From: a virus
IMG/VR virus record: IMGVR_UViG_3300028615_000137
Location: 32,001 to 96,000 of that record
Length of the DNA: 64,000 nt
Strand: one strand, 5' to 3'
The notes under the pieces: model-generated
Database searches by the model: none
What the model was told of the DNA's origin: nothing
The model's input: only the letters and a program-made list of their open reading frames with translations
Shown: positions 58,984-64,000 of the stretch, piece after piece
Layout of the letters: each line of letters starts with the position of its first letter
Numbering within the stretch: position 1 is the stretch's first letter
Position numbers and translations under genes: made by a program

Positions 58984-59570
58984 ATTCGGCTAACAATAAA
59001 TATTTCATAGATCATAGTTTAGACTTTATTCGTTTAGCTAATACTTTCATGGCCAAGCTTTGCTCTTGGATAGTTTGTTTATTGGCATCGCGCACAGAGA
59101 TTATTTACGTTAACGATAATCCATATCTTCTACGTTGCCACATCTTGAACCATTTTTGGATATTTCCCGCCGTATATCTACACTATTTTTATAGAGGAGA
59201 TGAAGATAGGTCTTTACACAATCATCCGTGGAAATGGGCTTATAGTCTCATTCTTTCTGGAGGCTATCTAGAAGAGAAACCTCACTTTTACTGCCCAATT
59301 ACAGGCAAAATGCAACGAAAGAAAAGGCGCGTCTCGCCTTGGTCTATTAATCGTATAACACAAGACGATTTCCATAGAGTATCGCTTACTAATCTGGCAT
59401 GTTGGACTTTATTTATACCAGGTCCTTATATCCAAAAATGGGGATTTATAGATGATTATGGAAACTTTGAAGATTTTACAAAATATGCTGACACGGGTAA
59501 GCGAGTTCCATTGATTCAAAGTGCTGATATTATTAAAATTCGTGGAAAAAAAGCCACTTCTTTCGAGTAA
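58980..59570 (+). CDS. Cupin-like phage protein
   Basis: PYLLR...YLHYF...DED..LHNHPW...SLIL.GGY.E...FHRV...WTLF. Confidence 0.7.
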   Translation: MNSANNKYFIDHSLDFIRLANTFMAKLCSWIVCLLASRTEIIYVNDNPYLLRCHILNHFWIFPAVYLHYFYRGDEDRSLHNHPWKWAYSLILSGGYLEEKPHFYCPITGKMQRKKRRVSPWSINRITQDDFHRVSLTNLACWTLFIPGPYIQKWGFIDDYGNFEDFTKYADTGKRVPLIQSADIIKIRGKKATSFE

Positions 59571-59573
59571 AAA

Positions 59574-59801
59574 ATGGACGATTCTTTCTTTCAGACGTTG
59601 CTTATCGGTTTAGTTCTGCTAAATATATTGTATTGCCTGATTGCAGGTAGCTTAGCTTTGACGCTCGTAAATATACATTTGCTTATCAAGACTAGAAAAA
59701 TAAAACAAGCCGGAATGGCGGAATTGGCAGACGCGAACGGTTTAAGCCCGTTTGTCGAAAGACGTGTGGGTTCGAATCCCTCTTCCGGTACCAATAAATA
59801 G
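59574..59801 (+). CDS. Small membrane protein reading through tRNA-Leu
   Basis: N-terminal TM segment; 3' half overlaps the tRNA. Confidence 0.4.
   Translation: MDDSFFQTLLIGLVLLNILYCLIAGSLALTLVNIHLLIKTRKIKQAGMAELADANGLSPFVERRVGSNPSSGTNK
59709..59793 (+). tRNA. trnL: tRNA-Leu(TAA)
   Basis: GCCGGAA/TTCCGGT acceptor, AACGG-TTTAAGC-CCGTT anticodon arm, long variable arm, encoded CCA. Confidence 0.95.
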
Positions 59802-59812
59802 GATGATGCAGA

Positions 59813-60121
59813 ATGAGTTGGAATGAAGAGGGCGATTTTGAGTTGGTTGAAGCTGTTATAACTATTAATGGTTATGATGTTGTTTACTGGATTGCAGTGG
59901 ATGGGTTTTCGATTAATGTTGCATTGGATCTCTTGTTGGAAGATCCTAGTGTTGTTGAAATGTTTTTTAATGAAAGTATACCAGTAACAATTAATATGTC
60001 CTATTGTTCCGAAGCCAGGGCTAGAGAATTGGAATTTGTTGATTATGATGAAACCAGAAGTATGTGGGAAGAATTTAATCGTGTTTGCAAGCCTGGTGTT
60101 TTTGCTTGCTCTGAGTATTAG
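59813..60121 (+). CDS. Hypothetical acidic protein
   Basis: 102 aa; ends GVFACSEY. Confidence 0.55.
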   Translation: MSWNEEGDFELVEAVITINGYDVVYWIAVDGFSINVALDLLLEDPSVVEMFFNESIPVTINMSYCSEARARELEFVDYDETRSMWEEFNRVCKPGVFACSEY

Positions 60122-60329
60122 CTGTTATCCTTCTTATCCATATAGAAAGGAAAATTGGCAAGAATATAAATATTATCAGGATCAATGCAAAAAGACTTGT
60201 AGAAGTTACGATAATTCTTACATGATCAAGTTCAACTTATATAAGGATGAACGATATCGTTGCATGTGTAGACATTCTTGGTCTGGCGCGGAATTTTATG
60301 TAATAGGTGTAAAATGTCAAAGAAAATGA
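60045..60329 (+). CDS. Putative Cys-rich lipoprotein
   Basis: Hydrophobic stretch plus lipobox-like LSIS-C; CKKTC and CMC. Confidence 0.45.
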   Translation: MMKPEVCGKNLIVFASLVFLLALSISCYPSYPYRKENWQEYKYYQDQCKKTCRSYDNSYMIKFNLYKDERYRCMCRHSWSGAEFYVIGVKCQRK

Positions 60330-60622
60330 CAAGGCAAGAATTAATAGAAAAGTATGAAAATGGGGAAAGAGATTTCCAAGGAGTAGATCTCAGCGGACTG
60401 GATCTAAGTGGAGTATATCTTGAAGGTGCAGATCTCTACCGTGCAAATCTAGAATGTGCAAATCTCGAGAATGCAAACCTAGAAGGTGCAGATTTACAAG
60501 GTGCAGATCTAGAAGGTGCAAATCTCAAAAGGGCAATCCTTCAAGATGCGGATTTCTACTGTGCAAATCTCGAGAATGCAGATCTCAAGGATGCGGATCT
60601 TGAAGGTGTCCTACGTAGCTAA
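60314..60622 (+). CDS. Pentapeptide-repeat protein 1
   Basis: A(D/N)LxG repeats after Y..GERDF. Confidence 0.92.
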   Translation: MSKKMTRQELIEKYENGERDFQGVDLSGLDLSGVYLEGADLYRANLECANLENANLEGADLQGADLEGANLKRAILQDADFYCANLENADLKDADLEGVLRS

Positions 60623-60651
60623 GGAAAGTTACAATATAGGTAGAAAATTTT

Positions 60652-61164
60652 ATGAAGAAAATGACTAGGCAAGAAATTATCGAAAAGTATAAAAAAGGGG
60701 AAAGAGATTTCCGAGAGGAAAATCTAAGCGGAGTAGATCTAAGCGGACTGTATCTATGTGGAGTAAATCTCCTATTTGCAAATCTCAACTATGCAGATCT
60801 TAGCAATGCGGTTCTCAAGTGTGCAAATCTCAGACATGCAGATCTCAGCTATGCTAACCTTACCGACGCAGTACTTAGTTATGCTAATCTTTTAGATGCA
60901 GATCTCAGACATACAACGCTATTCTGCTCAGATTTCCAAGGGGCAGAACTCAAGGATGCGGATTTAGAAGGGGCAGATCTTGAAGGTGCAAATCTTGAAG
61001 GCGCAAATCTTGAAGGTGCAAATCTAGAAGGTGCAAAACTCAAAAGGGCAGATCTCAGTCATGCAAATCTCAGGTATGCAAATCTAATGAGTGTAGATCT
61101 TAGGGGAGCAAATCTCGAGGGTACCCAAATTTATATTGGAAATCTTAGATTCGTACCAGCGTAG
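60652..61164 (+). CDS. Pentapeptide-repeat protein 2
   Basis: A(D/N)Lxx repeats; paralogous N-terminus; 15-nt tandem repeats at about 60979-61038. Confidence 0.92.
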   Translation: MKKMTRQEIIEKYKKGERDFREENLSGVDLSGLYLCGVNLLFANLNYADLSNAVLKCANLRHADLSYANLTDAVLSYANLLDADLRHTTLFCSDFQGAELKDADLEGADLEGANLEGANLEGANLEGAKLKRADLSHANLRYANLMSVDLRGANLEGTQIYIGNLRFVPA

Positions 61165-61190
61165 GAGTACCTTTTATATAATAGGAAAAA

Positions 61191-61628
61191 ATGACAAACG
61201 AAGAGCAACTAAAAATCCTCAGAAGATTCAGAGGAGTAGATAGTCCATGCGAAGCTTGCATGGGTATGGGCAGGAGAATGTATTCCAGCGGCTCTACTTG
61301 GCGTGGTGGTATGGGTACAGCGGCTTGTACTTGGGATGTGTGCGATGTATGTTGGGGTTCTGGAGATAAGAACCGTATAGGCGCCAATTTAAGGGAAATT
61401 GAAAAGGAACGGCGAGATTGGGAACACGAGCAATGTTTAACTTGGCTAACTCGCCATTTGGGTTTAGATTTCAACGCTTTAAATAGACGTCTTGGAGACA
61501 TATCAGACTTTTGCAAAAAACAAGCCAATAAAAGGAAAATTCCACAAGGTGAAGATTACTTTTGGTGGTCGGAAAATTGGTTAGCTCTGTCTAGCCTATT
61601 TAGAAAATTAATAAAGGAAAAAGAATAA
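61191..61628 (+). CDS. Protein with DnaJ-type CxxCxGxG zinc finger
   Basis: CEACMGMG...CDVCWGSG. Confidence 0.7.
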   Translation: MTNEEQLKILRRFRGVDSPCEACMGMGRRMYSSGSTWRGGMGTAACTWDVCDVCWGSGDKNRIGANLREIEKERRDWEHEQCLTWLTRHLGLDFNALNRRLGDISDFCKKQANKRKIPQGEDYFWWSENWLALSSLFRKLIKEKE

Positions 61629-61629
61629 A

Positions 61630-61791
61630 ATGCTAATTTCACTATTTATGACAATTATTGCTCTTGGTTCCATTGCCATTCTTCTCTCTGTTGTCTCTGT
61701 TGTACTTTTTCGCCAACACATGAAAAATAGACAACAGCGATTGAAGGGATTTGAACGTCGAAGCGAGCCGAATATTAGGCTGATAGGATGA
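61630..61791 (+). CDS. Small membrane protein (53 aa)
   Basis: N-terminal TM segment MLISLFMTIIALGSIAILLSVVSVVLF. Confidence 0.5.
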   Translation: MLISLFMTIIALGSIAILLSVVSVVLFRQHMKNRQQRLKGFERRSEPNIRLIG

Positions 61792-61839
61792 AATTCTCAT
61801 ACTTGGTAAATATGAAATATATGGATTATCATTCCACTT

Positions 61840-62052
61840 ATGGAATATGAAGTTTACTTAGAATTTAAAGGCGGGTTGTGGTATGCCACCATTCCAGAGG
61901 TTTCAGATTGCACGGCCCAAGCCGGAGATATTGACATAGTTAAAGAGCGTATCAGAGAATCTTTAGCATTCTGTCTAGACGATGAAGATGCAGCTATGGA
62001 CGCCGAACTAGATTTCATCGAAGAGGAAAAGGGCTTTGACGAAGGTTTTTGA
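61840..62052 (+). CDS. HicB-family antitoxin-like protein
   Basis: MEYEVYLE..GG.WYATIPEVSDCTAQ....VKERIRESL. Confidence 0.75.
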   Translation: MEYEVYLEFKGGLWYATIPEVSDCTAQAGDIDIVKERIRESLAFCLDDEDAAMDAELDFIEEEKGFDEGF

Positions 62053-62266
62053 GAAATTTTTTACAGATACTAGCCAATCTAGATGGTTGCCTCAAGAAAC
62101 TAAAAGGTGGCTTCCTAAATCCACTGCATTTAGACGCGATCACGAAATGTGTAAGCATTTCATAAGAAAAGCTTTAAAAAAGAGAAATTCTGGAGATTCA
62201 GAAGCGGGGCGTGTCATTTTACAGTACTGGATTGAAGAATATAAGAAATGCAGTTACCTTCCATAA
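62036..62266 (+). CDS. Hypothetical protein
   Basis: 76-aa overlapping ORF. Confidence 0.45.
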   Translation: MTKVFEKFFTDTSQSRWLPQETKRWLPKSTAFRRDHEMCKHFIRKALKKRNSGDSEAGRVILQYWIEEYKKCSYLP

Positions 62267-62457
62267 ATTTAAACGACGAAACCACTAAATGGATTCGGAA
62301 ATGGAACAAAGGTTTGCGTTATGCCGCGGTCAGAGCAGGAGTAATGGCAATTTTTTCGCATTTTCCAAGTTCGAGAGAATATTGGTCAGAACTTTGCTAT
62401 TCTTGCCTTGCTCGTGACGCAATTAGGCGTAAATATCCGTTTTTAAAGGTTTTATGA
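62248..62457 (+). CDS. Hypothetical protein
   Basis: 69-aa overlapping ORF. Confidence 0.45.
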   Translation: MQLPSINLNDETTKWIRKWNKGLRYAAVRAGVMAIFSHFPSSREYWSELCYSCLARDAIRRKYPFLKVL

Positions 62458-62471
62458 TAGACTAAGGGGGT

Positions 62472-64000
62472 ATGGAAGACAAAAGACCCCCCGAAGAATT
62501 AGCTAATATAGAAGTTGATTCTTATGAAGCGCATTTAGAGCTTTGTCGACAGGATGTTAACGCCTTTTGTGAATTCGTTGCTAAAGACGATGAAACTGGC
62601 GAAAACATCGTCCAAACTGAAATTCACGAAAAGTTTCAGCTAATAGCAGACAAATATAAGAGGGCGATCATTTGGGCGCATCCCGAATCGGGAAAGATGT
62701 TGCCGTTAGACACTCCTATTCCCACCCCAAGCGGCTGGACGAATATGGGGGATCTCCAGGTAGGAGATAAGGTTTTTGACCAACATGGGCTTGTTACGGA
62801 GGTAACATGGGTATCTCCTGTCAATGAGACGCCAGAGTCTTACACCATATACTTCGATGATGGTGTGGAGATAAAAGCTTGCGCTGACCATCAATGGTTT
62901 GCTCGCACAAAATCAAATCGATTAAGCGGCACTGACTACAAGGTAGTAGATACCAAGAAAATGTATACAAGGTATTTAGAGAATCAAGGAGTGTCTTGGT
63001 CAATGCCTGTTCCAAAGCCAGTGGAGTATGAAGAGCAAAATTTGCCTCTTCCGCCTGCCGATTTTGTGAATTTGATATTTAACAAAGAAAAAGATAAAAC
63101 GTTTGCCAAATCGAAACAATTGAAGGAAATATTAAAAAAGCGAATTCCTCAAGCTTATTTGATGGGTTCGATAGAACAGCGCATAGAGTTTTTCGAAGCT
63201 TTGATCGACACTTATAACAATACTAGATTTTTCCCCATTAGTAAGAAAAAAGAACCAGAATTTAGGAAAGATGTCGTTCAATTAATTCGTTCTTTGGGCA
63301 TTAAGGTTTTTGATAAAGGGAAAGATTCAATCTTTTTTCGAGTCACTTCGAAGAAAAGTATCCATACAGAGCGAATAGTCAAGGAGATTAGACCTTGTAG
63401 CCCTGTACCTATGAGATGCATTTCCGTGTCTAGTATGGATAAATCTTATCTTTGCGGGAAAGAATATTTAGTTACTCATAATACGAATCAGCTTTCCATT
63501 TTGCGTACTGTCTGGGAATTGGGAAATAACCCAGAATTGCGCTTTGTAATTATGGGTAAAACGCAAGTCAAAGCTGTGGATATTGTTCGTATTATTCGCA
63601 AATATATAGAAGAATCAGAAGAAGTTAGAGCGGTTTTCCCAAATTTAAAACCTGGAGATAAATGGGAAGAAGATAAATTTACTGTAGTAAGAAAGTCTTA
63701 TGCTAAGGATCCGTCTGTTCAAGCTTTAGGACTTTTTAACTCTATCACCGGTAAGCGTATAGATAGGTTAATTACCGATGATATTTTGGATTCTGAAAAT
63801 ACACAGACTCCAGAACAAAGAGAAAGAACTGAAAAATGGATTAAAAAGACTGTTTTCGACCGACTGACTAAAGATGCCAGAGTTATAAACATGGCAAATG
63901 CGTGGTCTCCTAGAGACTTCTTGCATAACATGGAAAGAGAAGGCGGTTGGGCAGGTTTTAGATTTCCCGTTCATGATGAAGACGGAGAACCAACTTGGCC
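62472..64000 (+). CDS. terL: Terminase large subunit (intein-containing; runs off window end)
   Basis: Absent from ORF track because there is no stop in the window. AAGGGGG RBS; Walker A AHPESGK|T; SITGKRIDRLITDDILD Walker B; ANAW...D coupling motif. Confidence 0.9.
   Translation, partial: MEDKRPPEELANIEVDSYEAHLELCRQDVNAFCEFVAKDDETGENIVQTEIHEKFQLIADKYKRAIIWAHPESGKMLPLDTPIPTPSGWTNMGDLQVGDKVFDQHGLVTEVTWVSPVNETPESYTIYFDDGVEIKACADHQWFARTKSNRLSGTDYKVVDTKKMYTRYLENQGVSWSMPVPKPVEYEEQNLPLPPADFVNLIFNKEKDKTFAKSKQLKEILKKRIPQAYLMGSIEQRIEFFEALIDTYNNTRFFPISKKKEPEFRKDVVQLIRSLGIKVFDKGKDSIFFRVTSKKSIHTERIVKEIRPCSPVPMRCISVSSMDKSYLCGKEYLVTHNTNQLSILRTVWELGNNPELRFVIMGKTQVKAVDIVRIIRKYIEESEEVRAVFPNLKPGDKWEEDKFTVVRKSYAKDPSVQALGLFNSITGKRIDRLITDDILDSENTQTPEQRERTEKWIKKTVFDRLTKDARVINMANAWSPRDFLHNMEREGGWAGFRFPVHDEDGEPTW
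62697..63482 (+). mobile_element. Class-3 intein (262 aa) with degenerate LAGLIDADG domain
   Basis: Block A MLPLDTPIPTPSGW..MGDLQVGD; block B ACADHQW; block F MRCISV; block G VTHN|T. Confidence 0.92.

Noticed and set aside
59709-59793. tRNA as an attP/prophage boundary
   Set aside because: No integrase, no duplicated tRNA 3' end, and phage genes continue on both sides.
60360-61120. Short periodic DNA repeats resembling a CRISPR array
   Set aside because: They are 15-nt coding repeats of pentapeptide proteins, with no spacers and no cas genes.
62636-63974. Minus-strand ORFs near the right end
   Set aside because: They overlap the + strand terminase/intein ORF, which the track missed because it has no stop codon in the window.

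Overview
The window is a 64-kb piece of an AT-rich dsDNA tailed phage with a contractile tail (myovirus-type). Essentially every gene is on the + strand. Gene order: head/neck fibre and decoration genes with an embedded patatin phospholipase (1-11.2 kb); neck, sheath, tube, chaperone, tape measure, baseplate and tail fibre genes (11.2-34.5 kb); an atypical lysis/envelope region plus small accessory genes and tRNAs (34.5-43.4 kb); a T4-like replication/recombination module with SF2 helicase, DnaB, primase, PolB, UvsY/gp32-like proteins, RecA, SbcD/SbcC and a RuvC-like resolvase (43.5-57.2 kb); accessory genes including an MTase, DUF3310, tRNA-Leu, pentapeptide-repeat proteins and HicB; and a terminase large subunit running off the right end. 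The most notable observations are: a Met1 class-3 intein with a decayed LAGLIDADG domain inserted in the terminase Walker A motif; a 58%-GC mini-gene cassette inserted into a small AT-rich gene; a caspase-fold (clan CD) His/Cys protein at the usual endolysin position; a patatin among virion genes; a G-GGT-TTT -1 frameshift in the tail chaperone; three orphan HicB-like proteins; and a split Mre11/SbcD. All family assignments come from motif recognition by eye; no database searches were run.
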